Source: Craspedostauros australis (taxonomy: Eukaryota). From it: a DNA stretch of 64,000 nt. Location of the stretch: the NCBI GenBank assembly GCA_030167865.1, contig JALAGF010005545.1:1-64000 (forward strand), in the 5' to 3' direction. Made by a program: the position numbers and the translations under genes. A model generated the notes under the pieces. It made no database searches. It had not been told where the DNA came from and saw nothing but the letters and a program-made list of their open reading frames with translations. Of this stretch, positions 44,084 to 57,300 are shown one piece after another; the stretch's first letter is position 1; each line of letters begins with the position of its first letter.

Positions 44084-45817
44084 TCACGCATGATACGGCA
44101 TGCTGTCAACGTACGCATTGGCAGTCTCTTCCGAAACCAAAAACTCAGCATTGGAATAATACTGCGATGCATCGAATTCGAACGTATCCTCCCCACCAAG
44201 CCATGTGGGAATGTACTGCGTCGCGACGACCGTTTCCAATACGGCACGACGCTCCTCCTCGTCGCGTGGTAGCACGATGAGCTTCTGACGTACTTCCTCC
44301 GTCAGCAACGGCAGGATCATCTTGACGAAGAACTCACCGGCACGACCCAAGTTCATGAGCAGGATGATGCCCAAGCGATTGGGGAAATGGTCTTGCAACA
44401 TGGTGACGAAGACCTTGATCATCTTGATGGATGGCACGGTCCTCCATGACGATCCGGTACCATCGAGGATGACATTGAATTTGCCGATCTGCCCATCGGA
44501 TCGTTCCGTGGAGGCGGCGACTGCGCGTTCCAATGTGTTGACGTAGGCTCGGACGTTGGCAAGATCGTCCACGACATTGCGTCTACCCAGCCTGGCCCAA
44601 ACAAGAGCATGGGATCCCTTAAATTCGTTGGAGGCGGTACCTTTGCCAACGGAGGCAACGTTGTGTTCGTGCGACGGACTGAAGCCGTGGTGGTAGAAGA
44701 ATCCATTTTGGTTCTCTTGAATGACTTTTGGGCCATACACCCACGGTTTGTAGATCTCGCGGTACGTCAGGGTATGATTGATAGCGGCATTGGCATCGCA
44801 GCCCTTGTGGCAGAGCTTGAACGGGAATTTGGTCCGCAAATCGATGGGCCAATTCATGATTCGCAAGTAAGAGTACAGCAAAGCCGCACCATCCATGAGA
44901 TGGCCCGACGATGACGAGGACGATGACTTGGCCTTGCCGGTTGCTTTTTGGTACCACGCAGGACCGCCTGGTCCACCCCATGATACGTTCGGTATGCGCT
45001 GCTCGAAGTCTGGGATCGCCGCGTGTATCTGTTCGCCGAACTTTGCGATGAGCGACTGTTCTGACGATGCGATATCTGCGGCCAAACTTGTGAATGCAGT
45101 CGGGTATTTGTTCCGCAGCGACTTGTGTTGGGACGTAATGACCTCTAGAGCGGTGCTTTCTGTCGCCGTCGCCGTCGGTGACGATGACGCTGGTTTCGAC
45201 GACAATATGGCCGTCCCCTTCTGTGATCCGTCAGATGGGCAGTGATCCAACGACGCAGACGGCGGCTGGATCAAACCGAAGGTGTAGCGACTGGCCTTCT
45301 CCCAAAACAGCTGGCATGCGCATCCCAACGGCTCCTGTGGCCGGGTGACTGGGCATTGCATATGCGGTGGCTGTGGTTGTTGCTTCTGATCCAGCTTCCG
45401 CCTCCGCGCTTCGTCTTCCTCTTGTGCTGCCTGCCTCGACTTCTTGTAGTAGAGGAAGCCGCCGAAGAGACCATTTTTGCTGTAATCGTTGCGATCTCTG
45501 TCCGGCTGATCTTTCTGAATTGGTGGTGGTGCGGTTTGATCGTCCAATGCTCCGAAAGGCTGCACCATTTCGGCTGTCACCGGGCATGGCGACGGGACGC
45601 TGCGGCATGAGATGAGACCAACGGAAAGAGCCGATGCCAGCGTGACCAGGATGCCCACGATGGCGCCACCGAAAAATAAGGAGAGAAGAGCGTTGCGATT
45701 TTGCCTCATTCTCTTCTGATTCTTGGGCCACGCTTCGTCATCGTATAAACCGTACGCATCGGCGAATCCAGAGAGCGATGACAGAGATGAAGAGGAAGGA
45801 GATTGTTGGTGCTTCAT
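44084..45817 (-). CDS. CRAL-TRIO (Sec14-like) lipid-binding protein with an N-terminal TM segment
   Basis: KFNVILDGTG, MLQDHFPNRLGIILLMN, ILPLLTEEVRQK and YIPTWLGG; TM ALLSLFFGGAIVGILVTLASAL. Confidence 0.85.
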   Translation of the reverse strand: MKHQQSPSSSSLSSLSGFADAYGLYDDEAWPKNQKRMRQNRNALLSLFFGGAIVGILVTLASALSVGLISCRSVPSPCPVTAEMVQPFGALDDQTAPPPIQKDQPDRDRNDYSKNGLFGGFLYYKKSRQAAQEEDEARRRKLDQKQQPQPPHMQCPVTRPQEPLGCACQLFWEKASRYTFGLIQPPSASLDHCPSDGSQKGTAILSSKPASSSPTATATESTALEVITSQHKSLRNKYPTAFTSLAADIASSEQSLIAKFGEQIHAAIPDFEQRIPNVSWGGPGGPAWYQKATGKAKSSSSSSSGHLMDGAALLYSYLRIMNWPIDLRTKFPFKLCHKGCDANAAINHTLTYREIYKPWVYGPKVIQENQNGFFYHHGFSPSHEHNVASVGKGTASNEFKGSHALVWARLGRRNVVDDLANVRAYVNTLERAVAASTERSDGQIGKFNVILDGTGSSWRTVPSIKMIKVFVTMLQDHFPNRLGIILLMNLGRAGEFFVKMILPLLTEEVRQKLIVLPRDEEERRAVLETVVATQYIPTWLGGEDTFEFDASQYYSNAEFLVSEETANAYVDSMPYHA

Positions 45818-46727
45818 CGTGTGTTGCAGGCGTACGCGTATGTACTCGTACTATGCTGCAGCGCAATGCAGTGCGGCTCAAATGACTGGTCAATTCTCGA
45901 TTCTCAATTCCCAATGACCAGTAGTCGATGGCCAATGGCCAATGGTCGACGGTGGATGGAGTAGTCGTAGAGTGGGAACGCAACGATGCTCCCTGTTTCT
46001 CGTCAGCTTCCTCAGAAGATCCAATGCACGTACGTAAACGCAAGAATTGTTGCTTCACAGCGTTCAATGATGTGCCGATCAGACAAAAGCCTCAATGTCT
46101 ATCTCTTTCTCTCTGTGGATCTATGTATTATGTTCGATTGCTCTCTCGTGCCGATCCCAATGCTCTGGACCTGTGGCATCATGTCGTATTCGCGTGGAAA
46201 CAGGTGCTCTGCGAGGAGGGAGGAATGGTGGAGGCGTTCGTGCAGGCCGAAAATGCTGATTGGCTTTCTGTCGCGTTGGCAAACTCTCAAACTTCTCCGC
46301 ACATCAACGCCAAGCGCCGAAAACGCGCTCTTGTCCAAACCTATGGGTTCGACGTAGTCGAATGGACAAGACGGACCAAGAAGCTGTTTTGCGTGGGATT
46401 GGTGTGATTCGAGGTTCTCGTGACTGGAGTTCGAAACACTTTTTGCGCCTCTTGCGTTTTTCGTGAGATCAAAGGAGAACCAAGCGTGGAGTGAACAGGC
46501 GTTTCTCTTTGGTTTCGCCACAAGGATGGATGAGGGTGTGCGCCTCCTCCCCACCCATCATCTCTCTGCTCGCACGCGTACGGTCTGGGGTGGTCGTTGA
46601 TCCCACAACTCCACGCATCATCGTCCGCACGCAAGAAGGTCTTGGGTTGAGGCTGCAAAGCACACCCTACCTGGTCGTACGATTGCTCCAGCTTTCCCTT
46701 CCTCTACTGCTCACTTCAGAGAGTAGC

Positions 46728-48457
46728 ATGACAACACCACAGCTGGCCTCCACCATGACGAGCGAAAGATCATCTTTGTTGGCCCACGAGACCAGCACGG
46801 ACTCACTTTCATTTGGTGATGAGCTCCGCATGGAGGGAGGCAATGCAGGTTCCTCAGATGTCAAGGACAAAGGAGCGTTCAGTATCCTTCCTATCCATCA
46901 AGGATCAGCATCCGAATCTGAGACGATCGTCAACATCGTCAAGGTACGTTACTCTTGCTGCTGCCGCTGAGGATGATGTTGTTGCTCCCGCTACTACGAT
47001 CATTGATGCGTCGGCTCATCAACCACCAACTCGCTCATTCATCTATTCATTCACTGACTTGCCTACCATCTCATTTTTTCAAACCAATGCAATGCAAACT
47101 GTTCATGCCTCTGCCCTTCTTGCCATCATCGCGTGTACGACAGCTCTGCATGGGAACGGGATGCTTGGCTTTGCCGTACTCAGCACAACAAGGCGGATTG
47201 TTGCTCAATTGCGTGGGCATGTTTGCCGTCGCAACCTGGAACACCAGCTGCGTCGAACGTTTTTGCGACTGCCAAGACAAGCTGATCTTCCTCGAATCCA
47301 TCGAACGGCAGACAGCTAACGAACATACCTTGGCATCATCGTCGCCGCATCCGCCACGCGCCACGGCAACACTCAGCAAGGTCACATGGCGCACGATGGG
47401 TTGGGTTGGAGTTGTAATGGTGGAAATCATCCAGATTTTCTTCTTCACCGGTGTCATCGTTGCCTACCAGGACGCCTGCCGATCCTTTCTGAAGGATGCG
47501 AGCTTCTCGAGCAATTCGGACTGGGTCGACGCATCTGTCCTTGCGGTGATCATGGCATCCCTCTCGGTCGTTCCTGACCTGGGGTACTTGACGAAAGTCA
47601 GCGCGCTTGGAATAGGAGTCCTGATGGTCACTTTGGCGGTCACCACCGCGTACGGAATCTCGGAAGCAATCGATGGCGATGGTGATGACGAGATGGCAAC
47701 CGCATCAGCAGGAACGGACGTCGAGGAGAATCCGCTGTCGCTGCTCCCTGACGATGGGCTCGTGGGGATGAGCACTTGGTTCGGATGCATTGTGTTCAGC
47801 TTTGGCATTGCACCCTTGACCTACAACTTCCGAGAGTCGATGGCCGAGCCCAAGAAACTGGTGAGCACCACACAAGTGTCCGTGCTGGCTGTGGCAGCTA
47901 TGTACGTTGTTATCGGCGTCAGTCTGTGGGCGCTATTCCCACAAATCTCAGGAGAAGTGCTGCATGAGCTGCCGCAGGAAGGGATCTTGCCCACTGTCAC
48001 CCGCGTGTCGATGTTGATTGTCGTCCTGGTCACGGCTCCGCTCCTCATTGTGCCGTGCGGAGAGCTCTTCGAGGGCAAGATGCTGCAGCTCGTCAAGCCA
48101 TGGATGGAGCAGCAGGACCCCGATTCGCAGCTCCCATCCACTCCGTCGGTCCCCTACTGGATGAAGGCGGTCGTCCGATTCGGCGTCTGCTTCCTCAGCG
48201 CGCTTCTGAGTGTCGCGTATCCAGGATTCGTCAAAATGCTGGGCTTCGTGGGTGCCTTCGCAGTGGCGATAATGGGCTTCTGCATCCCACCGCTGGTACA
48301 CATCCTCTCGCTTCGTCTGGTTCACCGCGCGGAGATCGCAATGCCCAACGCACGATCTTTCGCTCATGATTTCATTTTAGATCTTGTACTGCTCGTCTGG
48401 GGCATCACAGCAACCTGCCTGTCCACTATTTACACCTTCAGACAGATAAACAAGTAG
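46728..48457 (+). CDS. Amino acid transporter (AAAP/SLC36-38 family); about 509 aa, 2 exons
   Basis: Exons 46728-46943 and 47144-48457. Spliced TIVNIVKLCMGTGCLALPY, FGCIVFSFGIAP..ESMAEPKK and GFVGAF..FCIPP; many TM segments. Confidence 0.9.
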
Positions 48458-48660
48458 AAACGCGTACATAGCGGTATGTATAATAGTGTAATAATCTACC
48501 TGGGTTTGGTGTGGTTTGGTGTTGCGACATCGCACATGCGATTGGTTTGTAGAAAGTCTCACCTTGCTCTCTGTACGAATAACTATCAAGCTGCGGCGCT
48601 CTGGCTGCCAACCGCAAACTGCTCCACTCCAGGCATTTGCCCTTGGCATCACCGAAGCTG

Positions 48661-50541
48661 TCACGCCTCCTGGACGATCTCTACTCGGCTGTGCGGCTGT
48701 TGGCTTTGCTCGCTGTTCGTATTCTGGCCCGAAGTCTGATTGCGACAGTAGCGCACCTCACGGTCGCAGTGCCCAGGGCGTATGGGCGATGCATCGATTC
48801 CACGTTGGACCATGAGGCATCGGAAGGACTCGAGCCTCTCAGTGACCGTTGCTGCCGCACCCATCTGTTCGACATCCCCAGACCACAACCGCTCGGCCAC
48901 CGCCGATGCTCTTGGCCACACCCTGCTCATGAAGTTGCTGGCATCGACCTTCTCGCCCCACATGGACGCATGTCCGCCAATGACCAGCTGTTGATTCCCA
49001 CCCTCGAATGCGCGGGGGTTGCAGTTGTATAAGTTCCTCCAATCTTGGTTGAGATGGTCCAGGTACCAGCAGCCAGAAACGATGACGGGGTACGACTGGT
49101 CGGTGGCAGCGATGATAGTCTCCGTGTCGAAGCCTTTCCAAACGTCTACGATCGTCCCGTTCGTCAAGGTAAGATTGAGATTGAACACCTCCTGCCACAC
49201 GATCGGCGTCCGGTTGAACTTGCGGACAACAATATCGAGCAATTTCGTCTCGAAGATGTCGTACAGATCCGCAAGATCAGTGACATTGTTAGTTGCCATC
49301 CATTGGCGCACGGACGTCGAGCTGTTCCAGCAACCCAAGTTCACTTCGTCCCCGCCAACATGAACGAATGCGTCTGGGAAGGATTGGGTGAGATCATGGT
49401 ATATGGCTTCGACGAAACCGTAGACGCTGGGGTTGGTGGGGTCCAGGGGGCCGTTGGGATGCGGGCAGCTCGTGAGGAACTCGGGATGCGACTTGCCGAT
49501 AGATCGGATATGACCTGGCATGTCAATTTCAGGAATCACACGGATGCCGCGAAAGCGCGCCTGCTCGACGATGTTTTGGATATCGTCCACCGAGTACACT
49601 CGTTTGGGATGGTAGGCCCCCTTCTCCGACAACTCGGGAAATGTCGTGCTGCTGTAAGGCCAGGACTGGCTGTCTGTGATGTGCCAGTGGAGGACGTTGA
49701 GCTTGTTCATCGCCATAGCATCGAGATTGTCCAGAATGAGCTGCACCGGTAGGTAATGCCTAGACGTGTCGATCAACAAGCCGCGGTAGCTGTACGATGG
49801 TGCATCAGCCACGAAGAGGGGAAGGCCGTGCACAATAAGCCAAGCCTCAGGGGCTACAGCAGCTCGAACCTTGGCGTTGGCGTTGCCGATACCATTGCCA
49901 ATAGCATTGGTATTCAGGTTGATGCCATCTGTATCGGTGTATGCTTCGGCATCACGATGATGGGATGGCATCAGCAACGTCGATGGAACCCAGCCGAAGT
50001 CTATAAGCTGCGACAGGGTCTCCAATCCTCGGACGGTGCCAAACACCGTCTGGGCAGTGACATGGATGGCGGACGAGTTCGCATCGATGGATAGTTCGTA
50101 GGACTCGTCAACTTCGTGTGTGAGACTTGTGTCAGACGAGATGATGTGCATGACGATCCGATTCAGCGCCTGCGTCTGGATCGTATCAGATCCGTCGGAT
50201 GGGTCATGAAAGTCCTCCGGGAAGTCAGGGGTGATCGCCAGGGTGGACAAGAAGCGCGATATCGCGTTATCCACAAAAGGGAGCAGGCTTTCCGGACCAA
50301 CAAGCAGAAAGCGCAGGCTTGATTTCCCCTTAATGACGCCCAGGAGGTCGCTCCCTTCCGAGTAGTTTTCGATCTGAGCAGCTGGGAAGAGTCTCCCCTG
50401 CGCTCGTGCCGTCGTAGGTGCACATGCGACCATGCATCCATGTCCGAGGACGCGTGCGCAGAAGATTGTGTGCACGAGCGCTCGTATCAGACGGTATATC
50501 GTCTGCGTGGAACGAACACTTCCTGTTGTGGACAAACGCAT
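48661..50541 (-). CDS. Beta-N-acetylhexosaminidase (GH20), about 626 aa
   Basis: YRGLLIDTSRHY, NKLNVLHWHITDSQS, PEIDMPGH, catalytic HVGGDE, GGHASMWGE and WPRASAVAERLWS. Start at ATG 50541 is inferred. Confidence 0.93.
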   Translation of the reverse strand: MRLSTTGSVRSTQTIYRLIRALVHTIFCARVLGHGCMVACAPTTARAQGRLFPAAQIENYSEGSDLLGVIKGKSSLRFLLVGPESLLPFVDNAISRFLSTLAITPDFPEDFHDPSDGSDTIQTQALNRIVMHIISSDTSLTHEVDESYELSIDANSSAIHVTAQTVFGTVRGLETLSQLIDFGWVPSTLLMPSHHRDAEAYTDTDGINLNTNAIGNGIGNANAKVRAAVAPEAWLIVHGLPLFVADAPSYSYRGLLIDTSRHYLPVQLILDNLDAMAMNKLNVLHWHITDSQSWPYSSTTFPELSEKGAYHPKRVYSVDDIQNIVEQARFRGIRVIPEIDMPGHIRSIGKSHPEFLTSCPHPNGPLDPTNPSVYGFVEAIYHDLTQSFPDAFVHVGGDEVNLGCWNSSTSVRQWMATNNVTDLADLYDIFETKLLDIVVRKFNRTPIVWQEVFNLNLTLTNGTIVDVWKGFDTETIIAATDQSYPVIVSGCWYLDHLNQDWRNLYNCNPRAFEGGNQQLVIGGHASMWGEKVDASNFMSRVWPRASAVAERLWSGDVEQMGAAATVTERLESFRCLMVQRGIDASPIRPGHCDREVRYCRNQTSGQNTNSEQSQQPHSRVEIVQEA

Positions 50542-51350
50542 GGTGCTGGTGCTGGGGCTGGGGCTGGTGCTGGCGCGTCGGCTGCTATTGCTCCTTGCTC
50601 CGTTTCTGTTTGTGCTTCTGTTGTGTTTGTGTCCTTGCCCAAATTCTTTTGATGGCACAAGAGATGTTGGACAGCAAAGATCCGATTCTTGCAGCGTATC
50701 AGTACCATACGCACACAGTGCGCACGGTACGCACAGATTCACACGATGTCATCTGCATCCAAGGAAGATACTCAGCAAACTGAGGCGACATATTTAACCA
50801 CCCCCAATGAAGTATTCCATGGTGCTCGACGCACCCGTTGCTACAAATGATACATGCGAGTGCGTATCAAGCCTCTCCCCTCCCTCTGTCAGCTCCTAAT
50901 GTACTCGTATGAACTATAATGTTACTCCCTGCTGGTACGACGAATATTCTGCTATACACAAGTACAGGATATGCACAATTCTATTATTTGGTACACTGTT
51001 GGCAGGGAGTCCGATTTCTCTCTCTCTCTCTCTCCTCTTGCTGGGGCCATGCTGCCTTCATTTTTGTTTTCGCAAATTGTTGCCAATCGGACTCAACCCG
51101 TTGTAAGGCAGGAGGAGTGCACACCATTGTTCGCATGAATGCTCCAAACGCGCCCCGGATGACGGCAGCTCCTTCCCACTACTCAGCGAGTCAGATGCGA
51201 GTCTGATCGCGCCTGATGGTCTCAGCTGCGCCCGGAACCAAACAACGTTGGCTTTGCTCACTTCCAGCTTCCGGTTGTCAGCAGAGAATGCTGGTCTTGG
51301 TGTTGCTGGGCTCCAGAGGTTTGGCGAAGCGGGGCTTTGGAATGCCAAAT

Positions 51351-54300
51351 TTATGCCACGCTGATGCCACCCTTGCGATAGTGACGATTCATCTCGAGTC
51401 GTCTGCGATCGTCCATGGCTTGCTGCTGCTTCTGGAGCTGGCGCATCTTCTCGCGAATGGCCATGCACTGGGGGATTGGACAGACGGAGTCCTTGCACTT
51501 CTGTGCGTGGATTCGAAGGAGCGTCCAAATCCGCTTGCAGATACGGCAGCCTCCCTGGACGCCGTTAGGGCATTTCCTCGCGTGCGCAAGATAGCTCTTC
51601 ATCTTCGCGCAGTTCTTGGACGGGCACTCCTTCGAGTTGCATTTCGATGCGTGCTCGATCAGCTGGATGTGCAGCTCGAGATTTCGCTGTCGGTGCTTGC
51701 GTTGAGCTTCGGTGAGTCCACTCGAGCTGGAGCCTCCGTCCTGCCCACCCTCAGATTCCACGTCGATGGCTTGCAGCTTGTGCGTGCATGAACCACGGTT
51801 AGTCTTCGGGTCCTTGTAGCACTGTGCGCAGAGGTCGTAGTCAGGACAGACGTTGCAATGGTAACGCTTGCCGCTCAATATCTCCCTGCTGCAAGACACG
51901 CACTGTTGCACGAATTTCGGAGCGTCACGGTTGTGCAAGTGCCACAGCACCATCATGGATGTGTGCTTCGCTCTGCGGAGCTCGTCGAATTGGTAGTGGT
52001 TGCCGCGGCAAAGATTCAGGAACGCTTGTCGGTTGTTCAGGAACTCGCAATCGAGGTCCTCCGCGTCGTCATCGATCACCTTGATCGGGCGACCACTGCG
52101 ATCGAGTGGGACCTTCTCGCTGTCGGTCTTTCCTTGTGCATCGCGTTTATTCCCGGACTTCGGCACGACCATCTTGTTAGGATTCTCTTCGCGATACCTC
52201 TTGATGTCATCCGGCACCTCCATGTCCTCCTCCTTCGCCCCTGACCAGTTGAGGAAGGCGACGATGAAACTCTCTTTCATCGGTTGAATGGTCTCCCCCA
52301 TCTTCACCATAACTTGATCACGATCAAGTTCGGCGAGGCTCTTCACGCCATTCAACATGCCGCTGGCCAGCAAGGCCTCTTCATCCATCCCAGTTGAACG
52401 CGTCCCGCCTCGGCTCTTCGCTTTGGTTTGGTTTTTCTTCTTGTTCTTTCCGGAGCTGCTTTTCTTCTTGCCGCCACCCTCCTCGAGCATTTTAATGATG
52501 TTCTCAGCTTCACCTGGGAAGTAGTCTCCCTCCAGATACGGCACGGCGGTTCCATCCAGCGCTTCGTTCGCAAAGTACAGGTCGTACATGTTCGTCACCT
52601 TGCCCACGATGTTCCTCTGCTGGCACTCAACCAGCATGTCGATGTACCATTGCCGCAGACGATTGTCTCTAGGTGTTTTCTGATCCTCTGGTTTGGCGTA
52701 GAAGATGTAGTCGTCTCCTTTCAGCGGCGGGCAGGCCCAGATATGCGCAGTGGCGAAGCCACGCTGCCTGACGTAGTCCAGGTACGCGATGAGGATCTCG
52801 TGGTAGACGAAGGTTCGCAGACGCCGCGGCCTCATGAAGTGGACGCTGTCAAGGTAGGAGACGTATACACACCGTGTGTTCGGTGCTGGATTGTCTTCAC
52901 CGTGCTCGTACACGTACAGTGCGAAGAGGATGACATCCACGCCGTCGATGTGTTGGAACACGACGATACATTTGCACCGGAAGGAGAACTCGTCGGGGTA
53001 CTTCTTGTGGGCGTACCTTTTCCTCATCAGCTCGCGGACCTCCAGTTTTCGGTCCATCGAGGTGACTTGGCGAATGATGATCTTGCCTGAGTTCTCGTAC
53101 GTCTTGAGAGCTTCCTCCATGGACGTACTCTGGTGGGAGGAGAGAGAGAGAGAGTTGGCGTTGAGACATTGAGAAATGGGCGATGGAAGATGGACAATGC
53201 GCAGAAAGGTGAGACGCTGATGGCACATACATCGGTATTCGTCGGATACCAGAAAGCCCTCAACGATCCGATCCAGGCCAAGCCAAAAGCCGGCCACGCG
53301 CAACACAGCACATCACCAATCCTGACATGCAACAAACACCTTCGAATCGTGACATCTCGGAGCAGCGGTTGCACAACGACGGCAGAAAAAGCAGGGGCCG
53401 AAAACAAGTCCACGTACTTCGCTCTGCACCTTCTCTTCGACGAGCTCACGTTTACGCTCTTTAAGTTGACGCGACACATGAGACTCCAATGCCTCTGAAA
53501 GGCGAGTTCGGGGCAGATCGGCTGCCATGGGTGGTGTGGGCGAGGGTTCTTTGGCATCGTTCTTCTCCTTTTTCTTCTTTTTCTTCTTCTCCAGGAGGCA
53601 AATTGGACAGCAGTACTCGCTCGTGTGTTCGCGGTTGAGGCGAACGTTGAACAGACCGCAGATCTGGTGGATCCATCGGTTGCACACATCGCACTCGACC
53701 CAGCTCTCCTCGTGCTGCTCGTCGTTCTTCTTTTTCTTGAGATCTGCCTTTTTGACGGTAAGATCGACGAGCTCGATAGGGATGTTGCCATCGAGTTCAT
53801 TGTAGCAAGGATTGCACCAAAAGTACTGGTTGTTCCCGCCAATGTAGAAGTGGCTGTTACGACGGATTCGCTTGCTGGCGCAGTTCATTCCGTTGCAGAA
53901 GAAGACTGGAGGTTCGAACAAGAGCTTCTCGAATCCGCACAACACGCATGCCTTGTCGCTCTGTCTCCGTTCGCGGTCCTCGTTGTCCAGCTGCTCCATC
54001 ATCTTGCCGTAATCGACCACAAACTTCTTCCGGAGCTCGTCTGCCATGTTGTACACGACCGAGTCTTTTTCGTTGTAGAACATGGCATTGTCAAATGTGA
54101 GATTGACGTCGGACTTGAAGTCTTCCACGGCGTGGTAATGGCCTGAATCCAAGCGCTTGCTGATCGTTCCGAGGTCCATCGGCTTCTTGATAACATCGAA
54201 GTAGTCGGGAAGACCAAGCGCCTTTGGATCGACTGGAGTATTGAAGACCCAACCATGATGATGGGACTGCAACCCTTTGAGAACTTCTGAGCACCTTGTC

Positions 54301-57300
54301 TTCAGTTTGGCAGGAGACAGCTGTGTGACACGGTTGAGGGATGCGAGGTGGGTTGTCAGTTGTTCCGCAGTGAAGCTGTTGAGCAGCGAACGATCTCCAG
54401 ACTCCTTGGCAGGTGCCGGTGGCGCTGCGGGTGTTGACGTCGTTGACGGCGGAGTGGACTCGGCTGGCTGTTCAGTTGCAGCCGCTGACGCGCCGGGCTT
54501 GCTACCCGGAAGCTTCTTCACGCCCTTCTTCGCCACGGGTGCTATCGAATTGGCCCCTGACGACGCTGTTGTTGATGGCGCTGGATCCTGAACTACTGGT
54601 TTGCAGAAATTGTCGTTGCTCTGTGATGGTGGTGCAATCGGGAAGACCGGCCCATCGTCAGTTCGCATGCGCTTCGTCGGCTGCTTCTGTTCAGGTGACG
54701 GGGCATCATTTGACGAAACAGGCACTGCAGGTAGGACATTATTGCTGCCGTTGCTGTTTTCTCGACCAGTGCCAATCCCGATACCGCCGCTGCTGGTGGT
54801 AGCGGTGATGGTGGCGTCGTTGTTACCGCTGCTGCTGGCTGTGAGGGGATCCATGAGGTCGGTATTCATGCTCATGTTAACGTTGCTATTGGCATTGTTG
54901 TTGCTGCCGTTGTTGTTGTTGACATCAGCACTGTTGTTGTTGTTGCCATTCCCGTTGTCGTTGCTGGTATTTCTGGTGCTGCTGCTGCTGCTGTTGAGGG
55001 GCTGTGGTTGATTCGTTTGCGAGGTCATTGCACTGAACGACAATCCTCGTGAACTACGGCCACCGCTATTGATGTTGTTGTTGGCATTGTTGTTCCCGCT
55101 GCTGCTGCTGCTGTTGTTGTTGTTGCTGCCACCGATAGCAAGACCACTCCCGCCAATCGCTGTGCTGTTGTTGTTGCTGCCACCACTGCCGTTGCTGTTA
55201 TTCTGTCGTGCTTCCAGGTCAGTACTTCGCCGGATCGTGTCGCGAACGGGGCCACAAGCCGGGCACCTTGCATCCTTGCACCGTCTATAGTGACTCAGCA
55301 CGTATCGGCTGCTCATGCAATGGGGTACCGTACATGCTTGATCTCCACAACGAGCAATATGCGCCCACAATCGTTTCATGTTCGCACAGTGCGGAGTGAC
55401 AGGACAGTTGTTTGGAGGGTACTGACATCTCGAGGCGTGTCTCAGCAGCAATAGCCTCTGTTGCTTGTGCCTTATCCTCTGCCACTCTGAATCATTTCTT
55501 CTTGAGTTGCCACCGGAACCAGATCCGGATTGCGTGCCTGAAGATAAGCCTGCACCTCGGCTTGGTCCCAACAATTCGGTGGGTCCTCCACTCAACGGGT
55601 GATTGTTTCCACTTCCCATGCTGCTGGTGTTGCTGTTGTTGTTGTTGTTGCCGCTGGTGTTGCTACTGCTTCGGCCCATGTTGTTGTTGTTGATGGTGCC
55701 GCTGCTGCTGCTACCTCCAATATTCATACTGTTGTTGTTGCTACTTCCATTGTTGCCGTTGCTGCCCATGTTGTTGTTCTGTATTGGCGGAACGCCTCCC
55801 ATGTTCTGGTTCATCGAGTTGGATGGGACAATCCCACCAGTAGTTCTGTTGGCGTTGCTGTTGTTATTGCTGCTACTGCTGCTGCTGCCGCCGATGTTTG
55901 CGTTGCTGCTGCTGCCGCTGCCGCTGTTGTTGCCACCTGAAGTGTTGGCGTTGAACTGGGATGATCCGGACGGTTGGTTGATTGGAGGGAAGTTCATGTT
56001 GTTCTGATTTTGGTTCAAGTTGTTGCCAGTGCCAGCGCCAGCGCCAGTGTTGCTGGCGTTTGAGTTGTTGTTTGTGTTCGGATTGCCAGTGCCCGAAATG
56101 CTGCCGCCGCCGCTGCCACTCCTGGGGTTGTTTGATGGCGGTCCACTGATGCCGTTTGCCATCGATGGTTGTGGAGCGTTGATGCCTGAACCCATCGGGT
56201 CAGGCCCTGATAGCGAACGCTGTTGGGACGACGACGATGACGACATCGGGTTGGAGGAGTTTGGATTCATCAGCGATCGCTGCCGTGGTCGACCGTTTTG
56301 CACAGTTTCGCGGACGGGGCTGCACGCTGGGCACGATGCATCACGACATCTTCTGTAGTGACTCAGGACGGCGCGTGACGAGAAGCAGTGTGGGACACGG
56401 CAGGCGTTGTTCCTGCAGCCCTCCATGTGACGCCACAGCTGCTTCATCTCGCGGCAGAGCGGAGTGAAGGTGCATCTGCCGTCTTCACGCTGGCATTTTG
56501 CCGAGTGGTGGAGGAGGAGCAACCGCTGCTGCTTTTGCTTGATACGGGCTCGCCACTGGGCGTCGTTCCTGTTCTGTGCCGAACCTGAAGAGCCTTGACC
56601 GCCGGACGACGGATTCCTCATGGACGACGATGACGACGATTGTTGTCTGGAGGAACTGCGGCTGTGATTGGCCATGCTGCTGCTTGCGCTCGGCATGCTG
56701 GAGCCTGCATTACTCAGGCTGGTGCTGGCGCTGGCGCTGTTGTTGTTGCTGTTGCTCGCGGTGGTGCTGGCCGTATTGACGTTGGTGTTGCTGCTTCCAC
56801 TGCTCGATGACATTGGGTTCATCTGGTCTAAACGAACAGCCTGGCCTCCGCGATTTGATGGCATCTGGTTGGGCTGGGATGAGCTCGGCATGCCCAAGGC
56901 AGGAGATCCAGAACCGGAGCTGGAACTCAACCGCATGCTGTTGGCATTGCCACTGCTGCCGCTTGAGTTGTTTGGCCCGCTGCTGCCGGAAAAGGACTGC
57001 CGGCTGCCGGAGTCGTGGCTGTTGGCGCGCTTGGACACCTCTTCGGCGATTTGGTTGAGCCGGGCGCGGAGCGTGCTCATGTCTATGTAGACCTGAAAGG
57101 ATCTTGCACTGCGGTACAAGGATACTTCCAGCTGCCTCGCCATTGTCGGTAGCTTGTCGAGCCATTCGGGCGATCCGTTCCTCTCTCGTCGGAATATCTC
57201 CACGCTGTTTACAATTCATGAGAAAGGCACGCAAGCAGTGAGGGAGGCAAGCAAGCAGACAGACAGATAAGACAACGGTGAGAGCGGATGCCAAGAGAGG